A DNA stretch of 64,000 nucleotides from Lama guanicoe. Taxonomy: Eukaryota. This document shows positions 40,173-53,429 of this stretch, one piece after another. Made by a program: the position numbers and the translations under genes. Positions within the stretch are counted from its first letter, which is position 1. Each line of letters starts with the position of its first letter. Below the pieces are notes generated by a model, which searched no databases, was not told the DNA's origin, and saw nothing but the letters and a program-made list of their open reading frames with translations. The stretch covers positions 8,529,367 to 8,593,366 of the forward strand of contig MU054220.1 of the NCBI GenBank assembly GCA_013239625.1. The letters run 5' to 3'.

Positions 40173-40430
40173 ATATTGTATGATTTTATTTATATGAATT
40201 CAGTATAAGGCAAAACTAATCTTTGTCAATAGAAATCAGAACACTGGTCTTCTGTGTGCTGGGGATTAAGAGGGATTTATACATAAAGGGTTATTCTGAG
40301 ATAATGGGTATGTTCTATTTCAGGACTGATGGGATGGTTGCATCTGGGAGTAATTATCAAAAACTTATAAGACATATACTAAAACTATAGGAGTTTACTT
40401 TATGTAAATCATCTCTCAATTAAGTTGATC
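40173..40430 (+). mobile_element. L1ME 3' end
   Basis: tgtatgattttatttatatgaattc...aggcaaaactaatct...tagaaatcagaaca...tatgtaaatcatctctcaattaagttg. Confidence 0.75.
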
Positions 40431-41098
40431 TAAATAGCAAAAATTTAGATTTATGTTGTTATGGTATATCAATTACAAGAACTATTCCAGAGGGTTATTG
40501 AATTCTGTGAACTGTAATAAAACTAAAACCTCATGCAAGTATTAGCATGACCAGTATTTGGTCAATTAATTTGAAAATTGGTCAAAATATGGTGTCATTA
40601 AAAACAATGCATATATACTTTGAATACCTTGATAGTTAAAATATATAAGATTATCATTAGCCAGTTTTTGTTTTAGGGAAAGATCTTCCAGTGAATGTGG
40701 TTCTGCTGACTTTAGTTTCACTTCACTTTCTTGCAATCTTGCAATAATATAAACTGTAATGTATCAGAAGATTATTAGTTTGAATGTTTTCAAGAGGTAG
40801 TAAGACTTTAAAGACATTACAAGCTGAGGACAGAATAATTCCAGATTTTCATGATATCTCCCCTCAGTATTTTATGCTTACTTCACCTATATCTAATTAA
40901 TAAGCTTTAATCTCTTTACTTTTAATCTAGTTTTCATAGAAACATAGAAATTAAGAGTCTTTATATATATATATGACTCAACATTGTGAATAGTGACTTA
41001 TTAATTATCTAATTATGACAAATACAACAGACATTATTGGTTCAGAAATTAATGTCCTCTTTTTTGGAGGGAACAAAAGTACATAAATGTACTAGAAT

Positions 41099-43019
41099 CA
41101 TAGTTTCCATACATTTTGGTCTCAAGATCCATTATGGTCTTAAAATCCACTGAGGATCCCAAAGAGCCTTTGTTTTTAATGTGGTTACATCTACTAATAC
41201 TACCTGTATTTGATCTTACAAGTGAGAACTTTTTAAAGTGCTGATTTCTTTATTTATTTTAAAAAGGTAATTTTCATAACCCCCATCACTGAAAATTTTC
41301 AGTGTGCATAAAATGCTGACTCAGAACAGTTCTGTGCTTATTTTCTGTGGGTTTTAGTAAAATATTTATAAACCAACCACAATATTTATACATCAAGATG
41401 GCAAATTTATATTAACTGCAAATTTAATATTTTCCATCCTGTCTGTCCCCAGTGCCATGCCTCTAACATTGATGGAAGGTGGACACCAGGCAAGTGGCAG
41501 TGAAAGAAAAAAAAGTCCATTCTTTAATGAAGAATTCAGGTACATTAGCTACTTCTTATTTTATGGTGGATCGTGTTCTCTTAATGTTCACTGTTATTTG
41601 TTGGCAAAATAAAAGCGCCTTAAGTTAAAAGTTTGTTTTGAGAGCCATTAAAAAAAATCAGTATCAATTCATAATGCATTTATTTACAAGTCCTTTTTTT
41701 GCATGTCTATTATAAATTTAATATTGTAAATGTATTCAAATTCATTTGCATGCCTATGGCTGCCTTTGATTGAACTTCTTCCCCCTCTAAAAAATAAACC
41801 CATTAATGTTTGACATAAATAACGTAATTATGAAAGATAGTTGTGTTTTCCAAAACAAAAATAATTAGTGACAAGAGAAACATTCTTTTGTTTCTTTTTC
41901 TTTTTTTGCAAATCTCAAATCTTGAAGGACTTGTTTAATAGATGACAGCTGGATTTTCATATTTGCATTTGCATACAGTCTGCTGTGATGTGCTACTTAG
42001 GCTGAGGTATGTTTTAAAACAAATACAGCCTCACATACAGACATAGATTTAGAAATGGAAATAGTGCTTGAAAAGCCTGTTAATATTGCTTGGAATATCA
42101 TTGTTCATGTTATGAGAAAACACATCAAGGGACAGTTTCTTAAAGGTTAGTTTTAATGTAGAATCTGAGTCCATATCAATGAACTTTTCTTGCTGTATTA
42201 CATTAGATCCGTTGGATAGACCTTTTACTCCTGGAAGGATTTGTACCACCATGAATTCACCAATTGGAAAATACTGGTTTGCTGAGTTATGGAGAACTTC
42301 CAAATCTTGATTCAATTCATTATATCAAAATTTGCATTTTAAAAAATCTCAGATATTATCAGATACATCTTTAAGTACTAAGACGTTGTTAATCTCAAAT
42401 GGCAGATATATGTCCTCCAAAATTCTAATTCTCACTTGAAATATCAAATTGTATCATTGATCACAAAAAAGACTACTGTTTTCTACTGTGTTCCTTTTTG
42501 GAGCAAAGTCCACAAATATCCTCTAATACGCATAGTTTGCCCGTCAGACTCTTCTTCAGGTAAAGATGATGTCACATGAAAAAAAAGCAGCTAATTCAGC
42601 ACAACTCAAACAACCGCTGAAGCCCTTTTCCCAGAGCCAACCGTTTGCTTCGGTTTTCAACGGAAGAGCATCCCATTTTGTGACACGAAATACAAAATAA
42701 AATAAAAACAAAACGTACTAAAGTGCTGAGATTTAATAAGGTTAATATTAGTCGTTATTTCATCACTGGCCTAGTTTTCATTAGTGTGTGGTGGTGGAGA
42801 AGCCAGTGATTACTTAGTACAGCCTGAGCAATGACCAAGATTCTTTCTCTAGCACTGTTTTACCACTTTGGTTTTTGTAACATCAGTATAAATGTCAATA
42901 CAGTGAAAAAAGGCCATTGATGTTGTAGTGTTACTATGAAAATGGGTTGACCTCGTAGATACCCTAAAAGTATGTTAAGAATGTCTAAAGCCTTCAAGAC
43001 CATGCTTCAAGAATCACTG
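41099..43019 (-). mobile_element. Charlie1-family hAT DNA transposon (internally deleted), with an unidentified insert at about 41266-41788
   Basis: Both Charlie1 ends are present (ttttggtctcaaga...gaggatcccaaagagc; atgaaaat..ttgacctcgtagataccc...gaatcactg). ORF 42049-42315 (EKFIDMDSDSTLKLTFKKLSL) resembles the hAT transposase C-terminal region. Confidence 0.85.
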
Positions 43020-46000
43020 TATTGAAGGGGAACTAACATGTAACTTGTCATGAATGTGTGATGTGCTTGGAGTTGTTTCTTTTCTAGAAGAGCTCTTACG
43101 TTTCAAATGGTTAATTAAAGTCTGATTAAAGGAATCTCTGCTATGCACAGGAGTAATACAGAAAAGGATATCATTTTCTTCTTAAGTGGAATTATTTCCA
43201 AATTCATTATTAATTCTCTCTAGTATTTGTGTGACATTTTGAAGGGTGAGCATTGTTAGCCCCATTTTATAGATTAAGGAACTGAGACTACTATTTGGTG
43301 GAGACAATAATACATGTTAATTCATAGGGCTAGGACTTTGTTTAAAAATCTTTTAGTCACACATGGGAGTTGGAATTCAAGGAAAATACTGTTTTAGTTC
43401 TATTTGCACTATGAAATACAACAGTTATATTTATAAGCTCATTATCTCTTACTGATCAACACTTAGGCAGTAAAATATGCAGGAGACCTTGGTTCAAACA
43501 ATTAACTGTACTTAACTGAAGGGGGTCATTGTTAGTCCTAGTCAATAAAATGGCTAATAGATAGATAACCCCTTTTTAAAGATTCAAGCTCAAATTGTCT
43601 TTAAAATGACATTTTCTCCTGAAAATCTATTAAGACAAAATAAGAAACCCTTTTAAAAGATACTTTAGTTTTTACTCTAAAACAAGGTAAACAACTCTGT
43701 TATTTGAAATATCTTTAATGCAGTTTCCTCCAATACAATGCATTACTTCATTAATCTCATTGTTTGCTATTCTAAACCAATATTCCATTATTAGGTTTGT
43801 TTGTTTGCTTTGGTCCCTGCTCTAGGTAGAAAATTAGTTTTTGAACAAATTCAATATATCCAGAAAAAATTAAACGTCCTGAATTGCCATTCTGTTATTC
43901 GAGCAGAATTTTATTTTTCTGCAGGCGAGCTTTGCACGTGTCAAATGTCTTGAAGTCATAGGGCTGAATCAGAGCCTCTTCATCTGGAAAGTGATAGTTC
44001 ATAGGGATGTTAAGTGCCTCTTAATTGCTTAGAATTATGGCCTTTTGTTCTGTCCGGTGTTATATTCTGATGTACAAATATAGGATGGAAAAAGAGTAGC
44101 TTGTCTCTTAAAGAGAAGAATCTTCGCATTATGTTCATGATCCCAAACTGTTGTCCCCAGACATCAGTCAGATGGGCCAGTACAGAGCATCCTGTGCCCC
44201 AAACCAGCCAACTATTTGTCGGAACTACTCACTTCTCAATTGTCTTGGCAGCCATCACGACGGCCCACACGCTTTGTACGTAGAGTCACCTTTAAGTGCA
44301 GTTAGAACCTTGGCATTCATGTGAACTCTAAATTGTTCTAAAATCCAGGATCTACCCACAATTTTAGTGGTACCAAATTATTCATCAATTTACTGAGAGT
44401 GGTGTATCTTCAACTGTGTACATAACATTAGATGACTTCAAGGGGGTTTGGTTTTTTGTTTTTATTTTTGGGAGGAAGGAATGTTGCCTCGTTTTCCTCT
44501 CTACATCTCCCAGAATGAACAGCACAACTGCCTCCTTCACTGAAGCACTGAAAGCCTCACCCTAAAGGCCGTGGGGATAAAGACTTTAGATCTCACCATG
44601 GACTCAGTCTAAATTTCTGACCTATGAAGTGAGAAAGGCCAAGTGACAAAGAGACGGCCACCAAATACACCAGAGAAGCAGCAGGTGGCTTGATCGGGAC
44701 TGTGTGCTTTGCTAATGTGCAATAACTTTTAAGGATACATTAACCCCCGAAGTAAAAAGGTGCAATTGACAGATGCTTGAATGCTGTCTATGTCAGTGCT
44801 TTTTATCTGCAGTGACATCCTCATCAAAATTCAATGACAATCCTTAGCATTTTACTAGGAAATTAAATGGAAGGCCAGGTGATTTGTTTCAATAAATTGG
44901 AAATTATAACAGTGCCAGCAATTTTCTTCCATCTCTCTTGCTTTGTACTGCTTGGTGTTTTGAAGTTAAATTTCCTTGTTCCTTTAAAAATTCTTTCTTT
45001 CACTTATTCCATTATGTCAAAATTTCCTCCCACTAAAACCTACGGATATGAAAACTGGTAAGCTGAGGCACCTGCCTTCAAAGAGTTTTAAGCTAATCCA
45101 GTAATCAGTAGACACCGTCAGTGCTATAGGAAAATGTGATCGTGCCAGCTAGCACCCTTTGGGTGATTTTTGTCAGATGTAACCCTTAGAACATCATGTC
45201 CATAAATTTACCTAATTAGTTTGTGTGGGATTAAAAAAAAAGAGAGATAAAATTTCTAAAGCATTACTGTCAATCTACCCACAATAGTGGATTTAGCGCC
45301 CTGAAGGTGACCTCCGTTTTTAAAAACCTGAAATAAGTCACTTATAATAAGTCACTCAACCCTCCTAGCCCCGCCTTCCCCACCTGAAAAAATACAGGGA
45401 ACAAATTATTGAACAGTCTCCTTGACAGTTGCACATTCTGACGAATGGATGCTTCCGAGCCCCCATTGTTTACCGTCTCCACAGACAGGACTCGGTTAAT
45501 GAAACGGCTAATTGGATTTCTGTAATCCTGTCGTCATTGTGTGTGAGGTGACATTTTGCCGGCATTTCTCTTGTGGCTCCTTCAGTGTGATAGGGAACAT
45601 GTTCCCCCAGCCAGCTTGGCTTTCGTTGTTTTGCTGGAATGGCAGTTCCCTCTGTTGGTGTAATGGACTCATTGCCCTCCCAAACAGAGCTCTGCTGCTC
45701 AGCATTTGAATAGAAAAGAATAGGAAAATGATCGTCTGATTAGTCAAACAGGCTCATGTTCAAAATCCATTTCCAAAATCAAATAATAGAATTGGACTGA
45801 GTTCAGAGTGGAGGAATGACTTAGGTAATATTACATACTGTAGGACATACTCATTGACCAGCAGAATGGGGAAGGACTGAAAGTCCTAAATTCTTACTCT
45901 TCTGTTTCATAAGAAGTAACTTCTTCAAAAGAGCAGGGGTCAGGGGACTGTCTGAGACAGATTTTTCTAGAAGTGAAAGGTCAGGACCAAAGCCACAATT

Positions 46001-46808
46001 CAAGTACCAAATAAAAGTTATTTAACATACTGAGATGATAATTAGTATTGCAATTTAGAATTTGATAATTATTAAGTATAGAAATGATAGGGACTTTATG
46101 TATTTGAATTTTAAATAATATAAGTTTATTTTCTAGAAATTCTACCAATTTTTGTTTTGAGCTACCTTTCTATCAGGGTGGCAGAAATTTGGCATTAATC
46201 ATGTTGAAAGTCATCCCCACCCTTTTCCAGGATATCATGTCTAAGTTTCCACTATTTAACTTGATTTGGGGGGGTGGGTGTTGGGGATAGTTCTCAAAGC
46301 CAGCGATTCGCTCAAGCTTTCACTAAGGCATCTTCATTCCGTTCAGACCTCAGGTCTCAGCCCAGGCAGGTTACACCGCAGATACTCCATCAGGTTCAAG
46401 AATGCTCCTTACTACTTGTGCGTGTTCAGATGCGTGGGAGCCATTTACCCACCTTCAGGCCAGGCATAGGCAGTATCTTCGGTTCTGAGAATCCATACCT
46501 ACGTGGACACACAGTAAAGTGCTTTCCCATTTAGTTGCTTCAGTTCATCAGCATGGCATTATCCTACCTTGAAGCTAGAACCTCACTTTCATCCTAAGCT
46601 TCCATGGGGTTAGGTCAGCAGTTCAGTGTTCCACCCAGCACGCCTCTGTCCTGCCCTGCAGCTACCTTGCTTACACTCTCAGTCTCCATGTCCACCTCTA
46701 CTTTACCTTCAGCAAATGATCTATATCCTGGCTCACAGGTAGAGTAACGAGGAGTAATAAAGCCTTGATCATACACGTGACACCTTTTCTAATATTGCTG
46801 GTGTCTTC

Positions 46809-47417
46809 TGTAGTGCTTTTCATTCTCCAGAGAGCCTAGGCTTTGGAAAAGGAAATTTCTCTTCAAAAAAAAAAATATATATATATATATATATATTTTA
46901 TATACATACATATATATATAATATACACACATATGAGGAGATTTATTATACAAATTGACTCATGCAGTTATGGAAGCCAAGAAGTCTCATGATCTGGAGG
47001 CTAGATGTTCAAGAAAGTCAGTGGTGTAAATCAGTTCAAATCCGAAGGTCTGGGAACAAAGGGCCAGCAATATAACTGTCAGTCCGAGTCCAGTGGCCTG
47101 AGAATCAGAAGAGTAAGTCTCAGTCTGAGCCTTTAAGCCTGAGAACGAGGAGCACTAATATCTGAGGGCAGGAGGAGATGGATATCCGAGCTCAAATGGA
47201 GAGCAAACTAGTTCTTCCTCTGCATTTTCTTTCTGTGGTAGGACCCCAAGTGATATGCCAGCTTGCATTGGTGAAGGCAATCTCCTTTATTCATCCTGCA
47301 GATTCACATGCTGATCTCTTCCAGAAAGGCCCTCACAGACACACCCAGAATTCATGCTTGCCAGCTGCCTGGGCATACTTTAGTCCAGTCAAGTTGACAA
47401 ATAACCTTGATCACTGC
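46809..47417 (-). mobile_element. MLT2 3' LTR of an ERVL provirus remnant
   Basis: attgactcatgcagttatggaagccaagaagtc...ccctcacagacacacccaga...tagtccagtcaagttgaca. Polypurine tract (aaggggtggac on minus) adjacent at about 47420-47430. Confidence 0.9.
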
Positions 47418-47735
47418 ATGTCCACCCCTTGTCTAGCTGGCACCCATGTGCATCTCTCTGAAACATAGTTAATTTTCAAATAAATATAATAACAAGGTTA
47501 TAATTCCACTTAGCATGATACAACTGTCCTGCAACTGAAAATGCACTACTCCTTTCCCAAAAGGAGGAGGTAAGGGCCTGAAGTAATGTTCACTCTTCTC
47601 CTGATATCCCCTAACTTAAAAAATATAGTGTCAAATTACCAATTCTTAAATACTGGTATAAATCAATAAATCTTATGTTAGATGATAAGGCATAAGAGAG
47701 GAAAGAAAACAAAGAAATTATGTATGTGATGTATA

Positions 47736-47760
47736 CACACACACACACACACACACACAT
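47736..47760. repeat. (CA)n microsatellite
   Basis: Direct reading. Confidence 0.95.
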
Positions 47761-47974
47761 CATATATATATATTTATAAAATAAGGAGAAAATACTGAGG
47801 AGAACTCCAGTCCTTGTTTCTATATTTCAGACACACCCTTCCTTACTTCCATTGTGGAGGAGTACTTCAACTTCCCCTTGGTAATGAGGACTAGTTTCCT
47901 TCGCCAACACTGTTACTCCCTTCTTAGCTGATTAAGAATTAAGAAGCATCAGGATGTGGCTGCGTGGCAGTCTT

Positions 47975-47988
47975 TCTTTCTTTCTTCT

Positions 47989-48022
<34 letters not shown>

Positions 48023-49586
48023 ACGGGTCATGTGGTTGTAGCTATTTATTTTTTTGTACTGAAGTTTAGTCAGTTTACAATGTTGTGTTCGTTTCTGGTG
48101 TATAGCATAGTGATTCAATTCAATAAAATATACACACACATTCCTTTTCATATTCTTTTTCATCGTAGGCTATTACAAGGTATTGAATGTAGTTCCCTGT
48201 GCTGTACAGTAGAAACTTGCTGTTTATCTATTTTATATGTAGTAGTCAGTACCTGCAAAACCCAAACTCCCAATTTATCTAGCTCTCCACCTCTCTCTTT
48301 CCCCCCGGGTAACGACCAGTTTGTTTTCTATGTCTGTGAGTCTGTTTCTGTTTTGTAAATAACTTCATTTGTCTTTTTTTTTTTTTTAGAGTCCACATAT
48401 AAGTAATATTATATGGCATTTTTATTTCTATTTCTGACTTACTTCACTTAGTATGACAATCTCCAGGTCCATCCACTTGATGCAAATAGCACTATTTTAT
48501 TCTTTTTTGTGGATGATCGTATTCCAATCTTTATCCAATCATCCAATGATGAACATTTAGGTTGTTTATACGTCTTAGCTATTGTAAATAGTGCTGCTGT
48601 GAAAACTGGGGTGCATGAATCTTTTCAAATTAGAGTTCCCTCCAGATATATGCCCAGGAGTGGGCTTGCTGGGCCATATGGTTAATCTATTTTTAGTTTT
48701 TTGAGGAATCTCCATGCCATTTTCCATAATGGCTGCACCAAACTACTTTCCCACCAACAGTGTAGGAGGGCTCCCTTTCCTCCACACCCTCTCCAGCATT
48801 TATTGTTTGTGAACTTTTTAATGATGGCCATTCTGACTAGTATGAGGTGATACCTCATTGTAATTTTTTGATTTGCATTTCTCTAATAGTTAGTGATATT
48901 GAGTATTTTTTTTCATTTGTTTATTGGCCATTTTTATGTCCTCATTGGATAATTGCTTGTTTAGATCTTCTGCTCATTTTTTAATTTGGTTGTTTATTTT
49001 ATTTTATTTATTTTTTGTTATTGGGTTGTATGAGCTGTTTGTATATTCTGGAAATTAAACCCTTATCAGTCGCATCATTTGCAAATATTTTCTCCCATTC
49101 TGTAGGTTGTCTGTTTGTCTTGTTTATGGTTTCCTTTGCTGTGCAAAGGCTTATAAGTTTAATTAGGTCCCATTTCCTTACTTTGGCTCTTATTTCTACT
49201 GCCTTGGAGAACATTGCTAAGATTTATGTCATAGAATGTTTTGCCTATGTTTTCTTCCAGGAGGTTTATAGTGTCTTGTCTTATGTTTAAGTCTTTAAGC
49301 CATTTTGAGTTTATTTTTGTGTATGGTGTGAGGGAGTGTTCTAACTTCATTGATTTACATGTGGCTGTCCAGTTTTCTCAACACCATCTGCTGAAGAGAC
49401 TGTCTTTTCTCCATTGTATATTCTTGCCTCTCCTTAGAAGACTAATTGAACATCAGTGTGTGGGTTTACTTCTGGTCTCTCTCGTCTGATCCATCGATCC
49501 ATATGTCTGTTTTTGTGCCAAAATCATGCTGTTTTGATCACAAAAGACCCAGAATTGCCAAAGCAGTAGTGAAGAAAAAGAACAAC
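47975..49586 (-). mobile_element. Young L1 3' 1.6 kb with poly(A), 16-bp TSD and a short 5' inversion
   Basis: ORF2 C-terminal peptides ([52 protein letters not shown]). TSD gctgcgtggcagtctt at 47959-47974 and gctgagtggcagtctt at 49587-49602. 49541-49586 is in the opposite orientation. Confidence 0.95.
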
Positions 49587-51003
49587 GCTGAGTGGCAGTC
49601 TTAAATTCCAGTTCAATGAAATTATTGTTGTCTCCTAGTGGAAGCATTTCTCCCACTATAACTAAGAACTCTAAGTGAGCAGAGCATAAAGTCAGAAAAA
49701 CAGAAGCAAAAAATTTGCCAGTGGGTCACTACAGGTAATAGTGAGTAGTAATCACTGTCACTTCCACCCCATGAACCAGGAATCCAGGCTATCAGGGAAG
49801 CAGCACCATATTGGATGCTGATTCAGATCATGCACATCTCTCTGGAAAACCTTGTCCCAGTCCTGCAAGGTACTGTCACCTAGCTGGTAGTATAACTGAA
49901 TCTTCAAAGGCTATCCCATCATTCTATCAAACCAGCTGTTTCAGGATGGTAGGAAACACTATAACACCAGGGAATTCCATGAGCATAGGCCCATTGATGC
50001 ACTTCTTTTTGCTTAAAAGTGAGTTCCTTATCACAAGCAATGCATTGTGGAATACCATGACCATGGGAATGCATTCTGTAAGTCATGGATTTAATTTTGA
50101 CAGAAGCATTGCATGGAACGATTGCAAATCTGTATCCAGAGTGTCTATTCTAATAGGGAAACAATGTTGCCCCTTCCATGATGGAAGCTTTCCAATCTAA
50201 TCAACTTGCCACTAGGTAGCTGGCAGATCACCCGGGGAAATGATGCCATATTGGGGGCTGAATGTTTATCTCTGCTGATGGTAGACTGGGTACTCAGAGA
50301 TGGCTATAGCTAGGTCAGTCTTGGTGAGTGGAAGTCCATATAGCTGAGTCCATGCATAACCTCCATTCCAGCCACAATGGTCACTTCATTCATGAGCCCA
50401 TTGAGCAATGAAGCAATGACAGGGGTGGCTGAGGAAAGACTGGTACCCATAGAACAGGTCACCCTGTCCACTTGATTATTAAAACCCTCCTGTGCTAAGG
50501 CTATCCTTTGGTGAGTGTTGACATAGGATATAACTATCTTCATGTTTTTGCCCATTCAGAGGGGTCTAACCACATATCTCTGCCCTAGATTTGTCCTATC
50601 ACCAGTTTTATAGTCATGTTCCTTTCAAGTACATGACCTTCAGCTAAAGCATTGGCTACAGCCCATGAATCCACATATAATCGCATGTCTGATCATCTCT
50701 TCTTCTAAGTAAAGTGAACAACAACTTTGGTCCTGAAGCTCTGTCCACTGTGAGAATTTCCCTTCATCACTGTCCCTCTGGCTGTCCCAGACGGGGACTT
50801 GGGGTGCTTCAGCTGTCTACTTTGGGCTGGTGCCTGCCTATCCTGTGGAACCAGTTGTAAATGAGGCCTTCTCTTCCTCTGTCAAGTAGTCATAGGGAAT
50901 TTCCCACGAGACCAGAGGTGCAGGCTGGGAGAGAGAAGGCAATGAAGCAGGAGTGGGGACCTGGACACTTGGGCCACTTCTTCATGTAACTAACTTGTGC
51001 CTT

Positions 51004-51385
51004 CAGAGTCTCTCAGACTGTTCATTAGGGAGGCCAGGAAGACCCGTGATGTGCTGTCTGGAAGCTGAAGAACAAGTGGGAAGACTGGTGTAATTCATTC
51101 TGAGTCCAAAGGCCTGAGGACCAGGGGAGCATAACAGTGTAAGTCCAGGTCCAAGGTGAAGGCCTAAAGACCAGCAGCACCGATGTCCTAGAGCAGGAGG
51201 AGACGGATATCCCAGCTCACACAGAAAGCAACTATGCTCTTCCTCCACCTCTCTGCCCTATTCTGGCTACCAATTCAAATGCTAATCTCTTCCGGAAACA
51301 ACCTCACAGACATACTCAGAAATAGTTTACCAGCTATCTGGGCATCACTGAGCCCAGTCAAGCGGACATAAAATTAGACATCACA
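51004..51385 (-). mobile_element. MLT2 5' LTR (partial) of the ERVL remnant
   Basis: tgagtccaaaggcctgaggaccagggg...aattcaaatgctaatctcttccggaaaca.cctcacagacatactcagaaata...gcccagtcaag...aaattagacatcaca. Confidence 0.9.
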
Positions 51386-53429
51386 ACACGCAAAAATGTA
51401 TTTCAAAATCCAGCCAGTTCCCATCATGTGCCTGGGGTAGACCAAGAGGCTCCACATTGCCTAGATTATACCCTACTGCAAGTCCATTATCTGCTCACAA
51501 ACGTTCTATGTTGTCTTTTTCAACATTACTGATTTTTTAACTTTATCCATCCATTTTAAGACTTTAAAAGAAATGTATTTGAAAAAAATCTAGTGTATAT
51601 TTAATTAAATGGATTCTCACAAAAATACCTTGCCATTGTTTCCTTATATAGCCACTGGCATAAGTATATTCTTGGTAGGATGGCTTAGAAAATTGTAGAA
51701 ATGAGCAATAAAGGAAAGAATCCATGTAAAGGCGCCTAGTAAAAGGCCAAAAACAAAGACAATGGCCCCTAATGATTATTATTATTATTATTACCATTAT
51801 ATCATTATTTTGCTTAATAAGAATGATTTTTAATGAAGAAGACACTATACTCTATATTTTAACAGAGAAAATTCTTTGAGAATTCTCTCCTTTACATTAA
51901 CAAGAGGAAGTGAGAAAGGGATTTTTTAAAAATAAATAGGTATTTATTATATGAGGGCCATCAAAATTGCTTTAAATTCCAAATGGAATTTTCAATATTG
52001 GCAATGAAAGAAAAGTATCCACTTACTTCAGGGAGGAATAAGTATAACCTGGGAGACACTCGATAAAAATCACTTCAAAATTCTGGTACACAATTTTACA
52101 ATCACTCCTCAAACTACAATCATGCTTAAGGAGAATAAAATTTGAAGAAAATAAAGGACTGCAATTAAGATTCATTAATATTCTATTTAAGTTCAGAAGT
52201 CAACAGTCACTTTTGTTTTGATATATTCAGTCCTTGGCTCACTTGTAATATTTCTGAATATGCTGAAATCGACCTGCGAATGGCACAAAAGCGAAGCTAA
52301 TTTCGTATTTGCTGAAGGAAGAAAAAATTTTAAATGCCCAATTAAGTGATTATTAAATGTTTTAATTTCCCTGCTATCAGTATAGTCTCCAATTCACATA
52401 AGATAGAGTTGAATAATAAAGCCATCTTACCATTTGACATTCTTTCTAAGCCATTAACACCATTTTTTTCCTGTTCAGATTACTCCCAGCACACTGAGGA
52501 AAAGACTATTTGCAAATAAATAGTGTGTCCTTTAAAACTTTATTGCTGTGCAATTTAGGATAAGGAAATAAAGAACTTATCTCAAAAAATATTAATAGGT
52601 CTCTACTAGATCTTATTTCAGGTAAATTCCTATTACTTGCAAAGAGTTTTCTGATTTCTCTTAGGATACTTTTAAAAAACATGATTATCTTTTTTCTTAG
52701 TGACAGATTCATCTATCAAGCAACATCCCCAGTGACGGCGTGTACATTGAATACCTAAAAAATAGATCAGAAGTAAAAGCACATGCAATGCATTGCCGTT
52801 TTGCAGATTGGGTTCATTTTAACTAACTTACCTTCCTACCTTGACGCTGTGGCTTTTAAAGAGCTTTATAAAAGCAAATAAGTGGTTTTATACTTTTTGA
52901 GATTTCTTAAGAGTATTAGTGTTTCCTTTATTTGGGTTCACGCATAAGAATGGGGGTGGGAAAATGTGCTAATGTGCAGATAAGTCATTATTCACACAAT
53001 TTTAATTGCCCTAAATAGGGAGTAATTTAAGGTGTGGACACTTTTATGATTTAAATACTCAGAGTATATATTTAAACTCATAACCTTTGTTTGCATTGAT
53101 CCAGACCCAGATAAAGACTTATAATAAGAGAGTATAAGAGAAAGAATGGACAACTGCACTTCGTATTAAATAATGCTGAACTCACTTTAGTCATCCTTTT
53201 ATGTGTACTCAATCCAAATTCTGCTGTGTAAGTATTATATTTGGTTTAGTGGAATGAGCAGACACTATGGTGCAGCACAGAGTTGAATTTGAACATAATT
53301 TAGCCAGGAACTGGGCAAAATAATTATCCTCTGAAAACCTAAGTTTTGCCATCGACAAAATGAGTGCAATAAGAATGGCTATCTTATATATTGCTACTAG
53401 CATTGCATAAGATAAGCATAAAATTACTG

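Larger units (their letters stand above)
47418..51003 (-). mobile_element. ERVL internal sequence (RNase H/integrase and 3' region), interrupted by L1 at 47975-49586
   Basis: ORF 50310-50555 MKIVISYVNTHQRIALAQEGFNNQVDRVT matches ERVL pol RNase H. gcagcaccatattggatgctgattcaga is an antisense ERVL integrase segment. Confidence 0.85.

Noticed and set aside
43900..44015. Strong-looking splice acceptor (ttttatttttctgcAG)
   Set aside because: No convincing donor or recognisable reading frame. Such sites are frequent by chance.
49811..50200. 129-aa plus-strand ORF
   Set aside because: Antisense to decayed ERVL integrase sequence.
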